Assembly (NCBI GenBank): GCA_049306095.1
Contig: JBAQPU010000052.1
Location: 15,360 to 79,359 of the forward strand
DNA length: 64,000 nucleotides
DNA from: Cyclobacteriaceae bacterium
GTDB taxonomy: Bacteria; Bacteroidota; Bacteroidia; Cytophagales; Cyclobacteriaceae
Direction of reading: 5' to 3'
Position 1 is the stretch's first letter. The number at the start of each line of letters is the position of its first letter. The notes beneath the pieces were generated by a model that was given only the letters and a program-made list of their open reading frames with translations, was not told the DNA's origin and ran no database searches. The position numbers were made by a program, and so were the translations under genes. This document shows positions 38,033-47,675 of the stretch, piece by piece.

Positions 38033-38746
38033 TTACTCGTTCAGGCTGTTGATGTACCCCGACAACGATCGTATTTGATCATAGTCATCAAAATCGACTT
38101 TGTTGTGCCTGAGGTATTCTGTTAGTTGCTTTTCGTATTCCGGAAAAACCCTCAGAATACCTTTTTTATTGCCTGGAACAGGCATCAATTGATTGTCTCC
38201 TTTGTCGACATAGTATGTATTAATCGTCACAAATTGATCGAATCTGTTTTCAGCGATATTGTACGCCCCACCTACATCCGCTTTCTTAATGGTTTTGCTC
38301 ACTTTACAATACCAGGAAATAGAATCGCGCACGATCCGTAACATAAAAACAATGCTTCCTTTCAATTTTTTCTTTTCAAACTGAAATTCTTCACCTGTTT
38401 CGTTCTTTAATGTAAACCCTCCAATCATATCTTTTCGCAACTGAACCCATCCCTCCACTTTCTCACTTTTTGCCAGTACATGGTCATGATACGCGTCATA
38501 GTTGATTAAAACATTTTCATATTTCCTGCCCTTCAGTTCAATCGATCCCGGGCTAAACGTTTCAAAAAAAAGGTACGTTCCTTTCACTCCTTCGTATCGA
38601 TTATCAAATGCCATTACCGTTTGACCCGTAAAATTGAACGGAAAACTGTTGGCCGGAAGGTCCGATACATTTTGCGAAAAGATTTCTACCACCATGCCCA
38701 GGCACATCAAAACAAGTCCAATCTTCCTGAGAAAAAGCATATCCAT
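38033..38746 (-). CDS. Secreted hypothetical protein
   Basis: 237-aa ORF with an N-terminal hydrophobic signal (IGLVLMCLGMVVEIFSQ). I recognised no family. Confidence 0.5.
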   Translation of the reverse strand: MDMLFLRKIGLVLMCLGMVVEIFSQNVSDLPANSFPFNFTGQTVMAFDNRYEGVKGTYLFFETFSPGSIELKGRKYENVLINYDAYHDHVLAKSEKVEGWVQLRKDMIGGFTLKNETGEEFQFEKKKLKGSIVFMLRIVRDSISWYCKVSKTIKKADVGGAYNIAENRFDQFVTINTYYVDKGDNQLMPVPGNKKGILRVFPEYEKQLTEYLRHNKVDFDDYDQIRSLSGYINSLNE

Positions 38747-38803
38747 TATTTTCAGTCAATAAAAATAACAATACTTGTTTAACTTGCATTTGAATACGGG
38801 TTC

Positions 38804-39691
38804 ATGTTTTTCTTGAGACTTCTTGGTAGGATTCCCCTGACTCTCCTTTATCGTTTGTCGGGCATACTTTACTTCCTTAGCTACCGCGTGGTGCGGTACA
38901 GAAGAAAGCTGGTACGGAAAAACCTTTCGCTTTCCTTCCCGGAAAAAACGAAAGAGGAAATCACTTCTATTGAACGCGAGTTTTACAGGAACCTTTGCGA
39001 TTACGCAGTAGAAACACTAAAACTTCTTTCAATCGATCAATCCGATTTATCGAAACGCGTTGTTTTTGTTAATGCTGATATCCTGGGCAAATACAAAGAA
39101 AAAAATCAATCGATCTTGTTGCTGGCTTCACACCAGTTTAATTGGGAATGGTTGCTGGCCTCTGGAAATTTAAATCTTCCCATGCCGATTGACTTTGTTT
39201 ATCAGCCGGTAAACAATTCGAAAATAGATCGTTTTCTTATCGCCTGCCGCACGCGCTTTGGTGCGCATGCCATAAAACGAAATGAGTTGGCGCGTGAAAT
39301 CGTGAGGCGGAAAAATCACGTGCGCGGTGTGGCCATTGTGGCCGATCAGTATCCCGGAAAGAAGCATGATAAAAAATACCTAACCACATTTCTTCATCAG
39401 GAAACAGCCTTTTTCTATGGCACGAACCAGCTGGCAGCGCTCACCCAATATCCTGTGTTGTATGCCGAAATACGAAAGAAAGAACGCGGCTATTATGAAG
39501 TTACCTGGGTTGAACTGGCGCAGCCACCCCATGCCAGGGATTCGAATGATATTATTGAACAGTATGTAAAGGCCGCTGAAAAACTCATTCGGGAATACCC
39601 GGCCGGCTGGTTATGGTCGCACAACCGTTGGAAGAAAAAACACCTTAGGCAAGCATCTGCGCAATATCCTCACGCGTCAACTGCTTCATAA
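38804..39691 (+). CDS. Lysophospholipid / lipid A (LpxL/HtrB-type) acyltransferase family protein
   Basis: 295 aa with an N-terminal TM helix and 'LASHQFNWEW' (HX4D/E-type acyltransferase motif). The 'WLWSHNRWK' C-terminus is typical of the family. The last 47 nt overlap the convergent SNF2 gene. Confidence 0.7.
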   Translation: MFFLRLLGRIPLTLLYRLSGILYFLSYRVVRYRRKLVRKNLSLSFPEKTKEEITSIEREFYRNLCDYAVETLKLLSIDQSDLSKRVVFVNADILGKYKEKNQSILLLASHQFNWEWLLASGNLNLPMPIDFVYQPVNNSKIDRFLIACRTRFGAHAIKRNELAREIVRRKNHVRGVAIVADQYPGKKHDKKYLTTFLHQETAFFYGTNQLAALTQYPVLYAEIRKKERGYYEVTWVELAQPPHARDSNDIIEQYVKAAEKLIREYPAGWLWSHNRWKKKHLRQASAQYPHASTAS

Positions 39692-42584
39692 TACTCTCCT
39701 CGGTAACAATCAATTCGTTCGATAATTTCAGTTTCTTTTGTTGCAGCAACAAAATTTTCTCTTCCACTGAATTGCGTGTGATGAATTTGTAGGTGAACAC
39801 CTTTTTCTTCTGCCCGATGCGGTGCGCCCGGTCAATGGCTTGTGCTTCCACTGCGGGGTTCCACCAGGGGTCAAGAATAAAAACATAGTCGGCCTCTGTC
39901 AGGTTAAGACCCAACCCGCCCGCTTTTATAGAAATCAAAAATGCTTTCACGTTCGGGTCTCTGTTAAACCGCTCAACCTGTTCCTTGCGGTCGGTGCTGC
40001 CACCATCGAGATAAGTATAATCGATTTTATTCGTTTTTAGATATTGCCTTACAATATCCAGGTGTTTCACAAATTGACTAAACACTAATACTTTATGGCC
40101 TTCTGCCATTGCGTTTTCCAACATGTGGGTGATGTCTTCCTGCTTACCTGAATCGCCTTTGTATGACGGCTCAATCATTCGCGGGTGATTCGCCAGTTGG
40201 CGCAGCTTAGTCAAGCCCTCCAAAATCATAAAGCGGCTATTGCCCAACCCCTCCTTGTCAATCAGGTCAAGAATTTTACCACGGTAGTAGGATTTCACCT
40301 CATCGTAACGTTTCTCCTGCTCGGAAGTCATAACCGAATACTGAACATGCTCAACTTTTTCAGGAAGCTCGGTTGCTACCTGCGACTTATGCCTACGTAA
40401 CACGAATGGCTTAATGATGGCATTGAGTTTTTTTGATTTTACATCATCACCTTTTTTCTCGATAGGCACCTGGAACTCCTGCCGGAAGTACGATTGCGTT
40501 CCTAAAATGCCCGGATTGATAAAACTCATCTGCGACCACAAATCCATGGTGGTATTTTCAAGCGGTGTACCGGTTAACACAAGTTTGTGTCGCGATTTCA
40601 GCTCTCGAACAGCTTTGGCAATATTGGATGAAGGATTTTTTATCACTTGCGACTCGTCCAGGATGACGTAATTAAAATAGAAGTGCTGGAGCAATTCTAC
40701 ATCCAGGCGGGTAATACCGTAGGAGGTAAGTACAACATCATACCGCTCAAAGCGCTTGATGTCTTTATTGCGCAGTGTGCCGGTATAATTCAGCACCTTC
40801 AGTTGAGGGGCAAATTTGCCGGCCTCCATTTCCCAATTATAAATAAGAGACGTGGGCATAATAAGCAGCGAAGTTCCGGCACCAGCTTCCCTCTCGGCCA
40901 ACAGCAGGGCAAGTGTTTGAACGGTTTTTCCCAGTCCCATGTCATCGGCCAGGCAACCACCCAGTTTATATTCATTTAAAAAGCGGAGCCAGTTGTAGCC
41001 TGCTTTTTGGTACGGCCTAAGTTCACCGTTGAATCCCTCTGGCAAAGGATAATTTTTTATGCCACTGAATGAACTCAACGAACGCAACTTTTCGCTCACG
41101 TGTACCCTTGCCAGGTTCCCTTCTTCCAGTTCTTTCACCAGGTTGATGTGGTGTTTTTTCAACACCGGCTTCTCTTTGTCGCCATGGGTTTCACTCAATG
41201 CAAACAAATCCGCATACTTGGTCAGCCATGCTTCCGGAATGATGGCGATCTCTCCGTTGGGTAGTTTAAATTCAACCTTCTTCTTTAAGATGAGTTTTCG
41301 CAACTCCTTAAACGGAATTTCAAACTCACCAAACCTGATCTTCGCGTGAATATCAAACCAGTCGATATTTTCTTTTACCTCAACTTCAATAACTGCCTTC
41401 CCAACAAAATATTTTTTATCGTTGCTTTGAGGCTGGCTGACTTCAAATCCAAGGTTGAGCAAGTTCACCCGGTTTTCATTTAACCACGAAAACGCCTCTG
41501 ACTTAGGAATAGCCACATTGAAATCCTTCATGGGCAGGCCAAGCTTTTGCAATGTGTGAAGAAAGTTTTTTTCTGTCTCCGTTTTTCGGGTTACGCGGTG
41601 AAACACATAATCATTTTCATGCTTTTCCACCGTTACGCTCACCGGTACGCGGTTGCGTCCCTGGAAGCGGTGCTTGCCGTATTTAAACGATAAATCAAAC
41701 ACAATTTTTCCCGACTCATCACTCTTGTCTTCCACAGGTGCATGGTCAAATAAACTTACCGGTGTTGATGATTGTACCGATACCAGTTCAGAAAGCGTTA
41801 AGATGGGCTTGGGATCATACTCATTTTTATTGATCTCAAAACCATTTGCCTCTACATCGTCAAACGAGGCGATGAGTGGAGCAATGAAACGATTATAGTA
41901 GGTCTCTTCAAGATTTTTCGGGATCACCACAAACTTTTTACTGAGGAAGGGCAATAGTTTTTTGCCATCCACAAATTTTTCAAATCCATATAGCTTGCCG
42001 TTGAGCACCATCCAGGCGGGACTTTTGCAAATCAGGTAGGCGGTTGCATTTGGCAGGTCCAGCTTTTTACCGTCATACTTAATGGTGGGATAATAATTGG
42101 TGTTCTCCTGGCTGCGCATAAAATGGAACTGAATGGATGCGCGCTTATCCATCACTTCTATCTTTCTCCAGGTGGGTTCTCCATCGCTGCCCATTTCGAA
42201 GAAAAGTTTCCCGCGCATGAGTTCGAGAAATTCTGCCCGCTTGATTTCAATATGAATTTCAATTTGTTCCTGAAGGGCCTCGTTGCCTTTATTCTTATCG
42301 TAAATTTTTGGGAAGAATTCTTCTGATTTCATGGGTTTACCGGCAAACTTCCGGATAACCGATTCCTGCTGCATAGCATCGGTAATTTTGATCAGCTCAA
42401 AATCGCGGTCGTCCAGACCTTTAGTAAACTCGCGGGCATTTTTTGAAGAGATGTTCTGGTGCTGGTAGGTAAGCTTCCCTTTATCATCTAAATGCACGAT
42501 ATAGGATTCAAACAGCAATCCCAGGTACTCGTGCTGGAACAACGAATAGATAATTTGGAACGGCTGTGATGCAGAAACCTTCAT
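39645..42584 (-). CDS. SNF2-family helicase/ATPase with a long uncharacterised N-terminal region
   Basis: 979 aa. Helicase motifs are 'LADDMGLGKT' (I), 'ILDESQVIKN' (II), 'LTGTPLEN' (III), 'GGLGLNLTEADYVFILDPWWNP' and 'QAIDRAHRIGQ' (VI). These begin around aa 530; I recognise no domain in residues 1-520. Confidence 0.9.
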   Translation of the reverse strand: MKVSASQPFQIIYSLFQHEYLGLLFESYIVHLDDKGKLTYQHQNISSKNAREFTKGLDDRDFELIKITDAMQQESVIRKFAGKPMKSEEFFPKIYDKNKGNEALQEQIEIHIEIKRAEFLELMRGKLFFEMGSDGEPTWRKIEVMDKRASIQFHFMRSQENTNYYPTIKYDGKKLDLPNATAYLICKSPAWMVLNGKLYGFEKFVDGKKLLPFLSKKFVVIPKNLEETYYNRFIAPLIASFDDVEANGFEINKNEYDPKPILTLSELVSVQSSTPVSLFDHAPVEDKSDESGKIVFDLSFKYGKHRFQGRNRVPVSVTVEKHENDYVFHRVTRKTETEKNFLHTLQKLGLPMKDFNVAIPKSEAFSWLNENRVNLLNLGFEVSQPQSNDKKYFVGKAVIEVEVKENIDWFDIHAKIRFGEFEIPFKELRKLILKKKVEFKLPNGEIAIIPEAWLTKYADLFALSETHGDKEKPVLKKHHINLVKELEEGNLARVHVSEKLRSLSSFSGIKNYPLPEGFNGELRPYQKAGYNWLRFLNEYKLGGCLADDMGLGKTVQTLALLLAEREAGAGTSLLIMPTSLIYNWEMEAGKFAPQLKVLNYTGTLRNKDIKRFERYDVVLTSYGITRLDVELLQHFYFNYVILDESQVIKNPSSNIAKAVRELKSRHKLVLTGTPLENTTMDLWSQMSFINPGILGTQSYFRQEFQVPIEKKGDDVKSKKLNAIIKPFVLRRHKSQVATELPEKVEHVQYSVMTSEQEKRYDEVKSYYRGKILDLIDKEGLGNSRFMILEGLTKLRQLANHPRMIEPSYKGDSGKQEDITHMLENAMAEGHKVLVFSQFVKHLDIVRQYLKTNKIDYTYLDGGSTDRKEQVERFNRDPNVKAFLISIKAGGLGLNLTEADYVFILDPWWNPAVEAQAIDRAHRIGQKKKVFTYKFITRNSVEEKILLLQQKKLKLSNELIVTEESIMKQLTREDIAQMLA

Positions 42585-42683
42585 GGTTAGTCCGTTTTTT
42601 CTGCTTTCGTGAAAACGGAACCTCTAAGCTAATGATTTTCAGGCAGAAAAATTGGCAAAAACGGCCTATTTCATACACGATCC

Positions 42684-43907
42684 TTACAAGTTCTTTACGG
42701 CCGCTGAACGTGCCGCCAGCACCGCGGGACGATAAGAAGTGGCCACCGTAATGAAGGACACTACCAACATGGTGTAGAGAAAATCGGTGGGGATGACTTT
42801 GATGGGATATCCCTCCGTGACAGAGGTTTCCATGCCCATCGAAATCACGCCAAACTTTAATTGAATCCAACAGAAAATTCCGCCCAGGGTTAAACCAAGC
42901 AAGGTTCCTCCAATGGCTATCAAGGCTCCTTCTGTTAAGAATATTTTTTTGATGAGGGTATTGTTTGCTCCCATGGCAGCCAAAACGGAAATATCTTTTT
43001 TCTTATCGAGCGCCAGCATCATCAAACTAAAGAAAATATTGATCGCGCTGATGGCCAGTAAAACAGAAAAAGCAAGGAAGAAAAAAAGTTTCTCGGCTTT
43101 CATCAGGCGGTAAAGATCCCGATGTTGTTCCTCACCATTTAAAACTACAAACTGTTCACCCAATTGTTGCTTCAGGTGATCCTGAACAGCGGATATATCC
43201 GCATCAGCCGTTGTTTTTATCTCTAAGGATGTTCGTTTATTGCCATAGTTCATCAGCTCCTGAGCAAATGCAAGCGGAACAATAACATAGTTTTCATCAA
43301 ACCCCTGAATAATCGAAAATGCTCCTCCCGGCAAAATGCTTTTTCGAGAATACAGTTTGGAGGGATCCAGCGTTCCTGATTTAATTGTATTGATATAATA
43401 AACCTGAAGGGCGTAATCACGATTTCCGACTGCAATCGACAACGCATACTGAACGCCTCTGCCAACAATCGCAAATTGCATGTCTCCTTTTGTCAGCTGA
43501 AGTTTCCCATCCACAATTTTCTCGTCCATCCTGTGCTGATCGATAAAATTGTCGCTTACGCCTTTCAAGGTTACAACCTGGTTAGCATCGCGGTACCGAA
43601 CATAGGCATAGTCTTCAATAACTTCCGTCACAATGTCAACTCCTTCCGTCTGTCTGATTTTCTCCAGCAATTCTTGAGTTGCCTCAAATGATTTTCCTTT
43701 TGCTGCTTCAACTTTTATTTCGGGATCAAAGGAGTTGTTGAGGGAATGGAGCAGTTCATCTAACCCATTAAAGACAGACAACACAATAATGAGTGCAGCT
43801 GTACTAAAGGCAACCCCGACTAACGAGAGCAGCGAAATGATATGAATGAAATTCTTTTTTCGTTTCGAAAAGAGATATCGTCTTGCTATAAAAAAAGAAA
43901 GATTCAA
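42684..43907 (-). CDS. FtsX-like ABC transporter permease (LolC/E-type)
   Basis: 407 aa. The N-terminus 'FIARRYLFSKRKKNFIHIIS', a large periplasmic loop and three C-terminal TM helices fit the family. TTG start, 2 nt after the rbfA stop. Confidence 0.8.
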   Translation of the reverse strand: MNLSFFIARRYLFSKRKKNFIHIISLLSLVGVAFSTAALIIVLSVFNGLDELLHSLNNSFDPEIKVEAAKGKSFEATQELLEKIRQTEGVDIVTEVIEDYAYVRYRDANQVVTLKGVSDNFIDQHRMDEKIVDGKLQLTKGDMQFAIVGRGVQYALSIAVGNRDYALQVYYINTIKSGTLDPSKLYSRKSILPGGAFSIIQGFDENYVIVPLAFAQELMNYGNKRTSLEIKTTADADISAVQDHLKQQLGEQFVVLNGEEQHRDLYRLMKAEKLFFFLAFSVLLAISAINIFFSLMMLALDKKKDISVLAAMGANNTLIKKIFLTEGALIAIGGTLLGLTLGGIFCWIQLKFGVISMGMETSVTEGYPIKVIPTDFLYTMLVVSFITVATSYRPAVLAARSAAVKNL

Positions 43908-43909
43908 AA

Positions 43910-44290
43910 CTACTTGGCTTTTTCATCGGGCGGTACTGGCGGGATGTTCAGGTTCTTGATGATATCATCCATCCGCTGAGCATTTTCCTCCACTTCATCC
44001 AGGTAAAAGACGAGTTCCGGTATAATTCTTACCTGCTTACGAATGCGGTCTCCCAGGGTTTTCCTGATTTCCGATTTATGTGTTTTTATCTTTTCCAGAG
44101 TAGCCTGCTTATCTTTCGCCAACATCATGCTGACATAAATTTTTGCCAGGCCAAGATCGGGACTCACTTTTACATCGGCCACTGTAATAAACGCATGGTT
44201 TAATATTCCGCGCTTATCCTGCTGAAAAATATCGCTGATTTCCTTTTGTATCAGCCTTGCGAATTTTAACTGACGTGTGGTACCTGCCAT
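43910..44290 (-). CDS. rbfA: Ribosome-binding factor A
   Basis: 126 aa; 'ITVADVKVSPDLGLAKIYVS' and 'IRIIPELVFYLDE' are typical of RbfA. Confidence 0.9.
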   Translation of the reverse strand: MAGTTRQLKFARLIQKEISDIFQQDKRGILNHAFITVADVKVSPDLGLAKIYVSMMLAKDKQATLEKIKTHKSEIRKTLGDRIRKQVRIIPELVFYLDEVEENAQRMDDIIKNLNIPPVPPDEKAK

Positions 44291-44294
44291 GAAT

Positions 44295-44302
44295 CAAATG
44301 TA
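44295..44302 (-). promoter_or_regulatory. Candidate -7 promoter box (TACATTTG), 4 nt before the rbfA ATG
   Basis: The minus strand reads TACATTTG-attc-ATG. Confidence 0.35.
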
Positions 44303-44396
44303 CGACTTTAAACGCATGCGTGATGATTGTCAAGCATGCAAAACTTTTTAGAACGCTGAATAAATCGTAAATCGTAAACCTTAAAGTATACATCGC

Positions 44397-45794
44397 TTGT
44401 TAGGTTATTTCCGCATTAATGATCCTTACCGATTGCTGGGGCTGCTGGTGATCATGATTTGCATTTCGCTCCCGTTGCTTATTCATACCTCTCCCTTAAC
44501 CTATCCTGAGTTAAAAAGTTTTGTCATTGGTGAAAAGGTGCGCGAGGGTAGGGCGTTGTATTCTCAATTAATTGACAGTACACCACCGTTGGCCTCGTGG
44601 CTTTATGGCGCGTTTGATTTTTTGTTTGGACAATCGCTTACCTGGCGCCATGTCTTTGCTTTTATGATTTTGTTTTCTCAGAGTCTTTTTTTCGGAATTA
44701 TACTAATTGATAAAAAGGCTTTTGCAGAAAATACCTATATCCCCTCGCTCATTTTTTCTTTGCTCACGCTTATTTCTTTCGACTCGTTGGCCCTGACTTC
44801 TGATTTACTCGCCTTCGGATTTATTCTATTAGCACTGAATAATCTTTTCAAGGAAATTGAATTCCGGATTCAGCGCGATGAAACAATTTTTAACCTGGGC
44901 ATCTTCATCAGTCTCGCTTCTCTTCTGTGCTTTTCATACACGGTGTACCTGCCGGGTGTCATCATCATCTTATCCATTTTCACCCGGAATACCATTCGCA
45001 AGTACCTGCTCATGGTCTTCGGATTTTTATTGCCCCATGCATTCCTCCTGTGTATTCATTTTTTGGCGGGTACCGCAGGGGATCTCTGGAATTACTTTTA
45101 CTTGCCCAACCTTCATTTTTCTTCTCTTACATTGATGGACACCAAAAGTCTGCTGGTGCTTTGTTCCATTCCGTTGCTTTACCTGTTTGTTTCGCTGTTT
45201 ATCCTGAATCGCGATGCCCGGTTAACCAAATATCAGTCTCAAATTTTTCAAGCCATGTTTCTGTGGTTTATCGTTGCCCTGGTTCAGGTATTCTTTGCGG
45301 AAGACAGAAGGCCACAAAGTCTTATCCCGTTAATTCCCCCTGTTGGTTTTTTTCTAACCCACTACCTGTTGCTGATCAGAAGGAGAAAGTTTGCAGAAAT
45401 GAATTTGTGGGTATTGTTCCTTGGCATTGTTGCCGTTGCTTACCTGGCGCGATACAATAAAATTCCATACATCCACTACCAACAGCTGATCGTTCAGGCG
45501 CCCGCGCTATCCATCAAAAACAAACGCATATTGGTGTTGGATCACCAACCTAATTTATTTGTTGGCAATAAATTGGCAGGATCGTTTTACGAGTGGGATG
45601 TTTGCCGTTCAATTTTTGAACAGCCTGATTATTATGAAAATGTGTTATTGGTCAGTCGCGGTTTGCAACATGATTTACCGGAAGTAATTATAGATCCTCA
45701 AAATTTGATGGAAAAATTCTTCAGCAAGTTGCCCTCGCTCAGGTTCAGGTATGAACGATCACCGGAAGGGTACCGGTTGAAAACTAACAACTGA
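44397..45794 (+). CDS. Polytopic membrane protein of unknown function (possibly DUF6427-like)
   Basis: 465 aa with about ten hydrophobic segments and a soluble C-terminal ~110 aa. TTG start. The family assignment is from memory and weak. Confidence 0.55.
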   Translation: MLGYFRINDPYRLLGLLVIMICISLPLLIHTSPLTYPELKSFVIGEKVREGRALYSQLIDSTPPLASWLYGAFDFLFGQSLTWRHVFAFMILFSQSLFFGIILIDKKAFAENTYIPSLIFSLLTLISFDSLALTSDLLAFGFILLALNNLFKEIEFRIQRDETIFNLGIFISLASLLCFSYTVYLPGVIIILSIFTRNTIRKYLLMVFGFLLPHAFLLCIHFLAGTAGDLWNYFYLPNLHFSSLTLMDTKSLLVLCSIPLLYLFVSLFILNRDARLTKYQSQIFQAMFLWFIVALVQVFFAEDRRPQSLIPLIPPVGFFLTHYLLLIRRRKFAEMNLWVLFLGIVAVAYLARYNKIPYIHYQQLIVQAPALSIKNKRILVLDHQPNLFVGNKLAGSFYEWDVCRSIFEQPDYYENVLLVSRGLQHDLPEVIIDPQNLMEKFFSKLPSLRFRYERSPEGYRLKTNN

Positions 45795-46218
45795 TTTTAT
45801 CCACTCTGCGTTCGTGGCGCCCTCCTTCAAAATTTGTGCGTATAAAACGATCAAGAATTTTTTCCGCTTGTTCATAGCTGACAAATCGTGCAGGAATACA
45901 AACCACATTGGCATTGTTATGCTGCCGTGCCAGTTCGGCTATCTCTTCGTTCCAGCATAATGCTGCGCGCACACCCTGGTGTTTGTTGGCGGTGATAGCC
46001 ACACCGTTGGCGCTGCCGCAAAGCAAAAGACCTAAATCAAATTCCTTCTTTTCGACACCCGATGCAACCGGATGGGCAAAATCGGGGTAGTCGACTGAAT
46101 CAAGCGAAAACGTTCCAAAGTCTTTTACAGGATATCCGTTCTTTTCTAACCACTTTTTCAGAAGTTCCTTGTATTCAAACCCTGCGTGGTCTGCTCCTAT
46201 TGCAATTTTCTGCTTCAT
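45784..46218 (-). CDS. rpiB: Ribose-5-phosphate isomerase B
   Basis: 144 aa with 'IAIGADHAGFEYK' and 'LLCGSANGVAITANK'. The start overlaps the tatC stop (TGATG). Confidence 0.9.
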   Translation of the reverse strand: MKQKIAIGADHAGFEYKELLKKWLEKNGYPVKDFGTFSLDSVDYPDFAHPVASGVEKKEFDLGLLLCGSANGVAITANKHQGVRAALCWNEEIAELARQHNNANVVCIPARFVSYEQAEKILDRFIRTNFEGGRHERRVDKISC

Positions 46219-47045
46219 CAGGCTGGTGGGTGTAGTGCTTCTTCTTTTCTCTTGCGCCTTACCACGATTGCCGAGGTTAAGATACCGATTTCAAACAATA
46301 AATATAACGGTAAAGAAATCACAGTAAGACTAAACGGATCGGCCGAAGGTGTAATAACAGCGCCTAACACAATAATTCCAACAATTGAATGCCTACGGTA
46401 TTTTCGCATCAGCTCAGGCGTCACAATGCCAACTTTGGAAAGGAAATAAATGATAACCGGGAACTGAAATAATATTCCACAACCCAATACTAAGCTGGAG
46501 GTTGTTGAAACGTAAGAAGTAATATCAAACTCATTTCGGATGAGGGGACTGATCGAATAGGTTGACAAAAACCAAATGGTAATTGGGCAGAGTAAGAAGT
46601 ATCCAAACATGATTCCCAACAGAAATAGAAAGGAAACGGCCCATACGGCTCCTCTTGAAAATTTTTTCTCTTTTGTTTCCAGCCCTGGTCTGATAAATCG
46701 CCATAATTCCCAAATCACATACGGAAAGGCTACGATCAATCCGATCACAAATGAGGCTGTGATCGACATCATAAACTGGCCCGTCATGTTACGGCTTTGA
46801 ACTATAAACGGGAGCTCGGTAATGCAAAGGGAGTCACTCATGCCAACCAACTGTCCCATCTTGCACATGTAATCAAAGGTGGGGAAACTTATTTGAGCCG
46901 GGGCAAACACAATGTTGCTGAAAATCCACTCAATATTTAGAAACGCCACAACGGTGAAAATCACCACAGCCAATAATGCCCGAATTACATGCCAGCGCAA
47001 CTCCTCAAGGTGATCGAGGAATGTCATTTCTTTTTCATCACTCAT
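46218..47045 (-). CDS. tatC: Twin-arginine translocase subunit TatC
   Basis: 275 aa with six TM helices. The N-terminus 'MTFLDHLEELRWHVIRAL' is typical of TatC. Confidence 0.9.
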   Translation of the reverse strand: MSDEKEMTFLDHLEELRWHVIRALLAVVIFTVVAFLNIEWIFSNIVFAPAQISFPTFDYMCKMGQLVGMSDSLCITELPFIVQSRNMTGQFMMSITASFVIGLIVAFPYVIWELWRFIRPGLETKEKKFSRGAVWAVSFLFLLGIMFGYFLLCPITIWFLSTYSISPLIRNEFDITSYVSTTSSLVLGCGILFQFPVIIYFLSKVGIVTPELMRKYRRHSIVGIIVLGAVITPSADPFSLTVISLPLYLLFEIGILTSAIVVRRKRKEEALHPPA

Positions 47046-47487
47046 GAATATCTTTCAGAATTACGACTTCTATTTCTTTTATGATGGACAGTTGGTGATC
47101 ATTGGTCAGAAAAACATCTGCCGAAGTTTCAATAGCCGTTGCTAATTGAAGCGCGTCCGGTGTCCGGAAGTTGTATAATGCCCGAATTTCTGCAGCTCGT
47201 TTTGCGATAGCGGTATTAATCGGAGCAACAAAGATAAAGGGAGAATGCAATAGTATTTGTTCGTATTCGCTTACAATAAAATTAGCTTGTTGCCGGAGTG
47301 GAAGGATTAAGACTTCCGTTAAGGTCAGAGAAGAAGTTACTATTTGGAACTCACCTGCGTCATTTCTTTTGAACAACGATGTCAATGTTTCCAAATAGGA
47401 TACATTTTCTTCTATATAATAAATGAAGGGAGATGTATCAAAAAATATCCTTCCACCAGCAGGAATACTAATTCCAGTTGCGCTCAT
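47038..47487 (-). CDS. PIN-domain ribonuclease toxin (VapC-like)
   Basis: 149 aa with the acidic PIN quartet in order: 'FFDTSPF' (D), 'LTLTEVL' (E), 'TPDALQLATA' (D) and 'LTNDHQL' (D). The stop overlaps the tatC start by 8 nt. Confidence 0.85.
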   Translation of the reverse strand: MSATGISIPAGGRIFFDTSPFIYYIEENVSYLETLTSLFKRNDAGEFQIVTSSLTLTEVLILPLRQQANFIVSEYEQILLHSPFIFVAPINTAIAKRAAEIRALYNFRTPDALQLATAIETSADVFLTNDHQLSIIKEIEVVILKDIHE

Positions 47488-47671
47488 TCTTTATGTATTC
47501 TTCAACATCAATCCCTTTCCAAATTTCCTTGCCAAGTCCTTTCAGCTCGGTAATTTTTCTCACCTGGACACTCTTTTCATGAACTAAAGAATCTGAGAGC
47601 TCACGCAACAGAAACTTTCTTTCCTCATAAGAAAGTTTACTGATTTCGTTTAAAATTTTATCGAGCTTCAT
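47468..47671 (-). CDS. Putative antitoxin of the PIN toxin
   Basis: 67 aa. It sits immediately upstream of the PIN gene and overlaps it by 20 nt, which is the typical type II TA arrangement. I recognised no DNA-binding family with certainty. Confidence 0.6.
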   Translation of the reverse strand: MKLDKILNEISKLSYEERKFLLRELSDSLVHEKSVQVRKITELKGLGKEIWKGIDVEEYIKNERNWN

Positions 47672-47675
47672 GGTT

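Noticed and set aside
39645-42584. SNF2 helicase as part of a defence system (DISARM/BREX/other helicase-based systems)
   Set aside because: There are no partner genes within several kb on either side: no methyltransferase, PLD/nuclease, DUF1998-type or similar. The neighbours are an acyltransferase, the lolE-like permease and rbfA.
44857-45460. Alternative-frame ORFs (92 and 177 aa) inside the polytopic membrane protein gene
   Set aside because: They lie on the same strand in other frames of a T-rich membrane-protein gene and have Pro/Ser/Cys-rich composition with no motifs. I take them as spurious.
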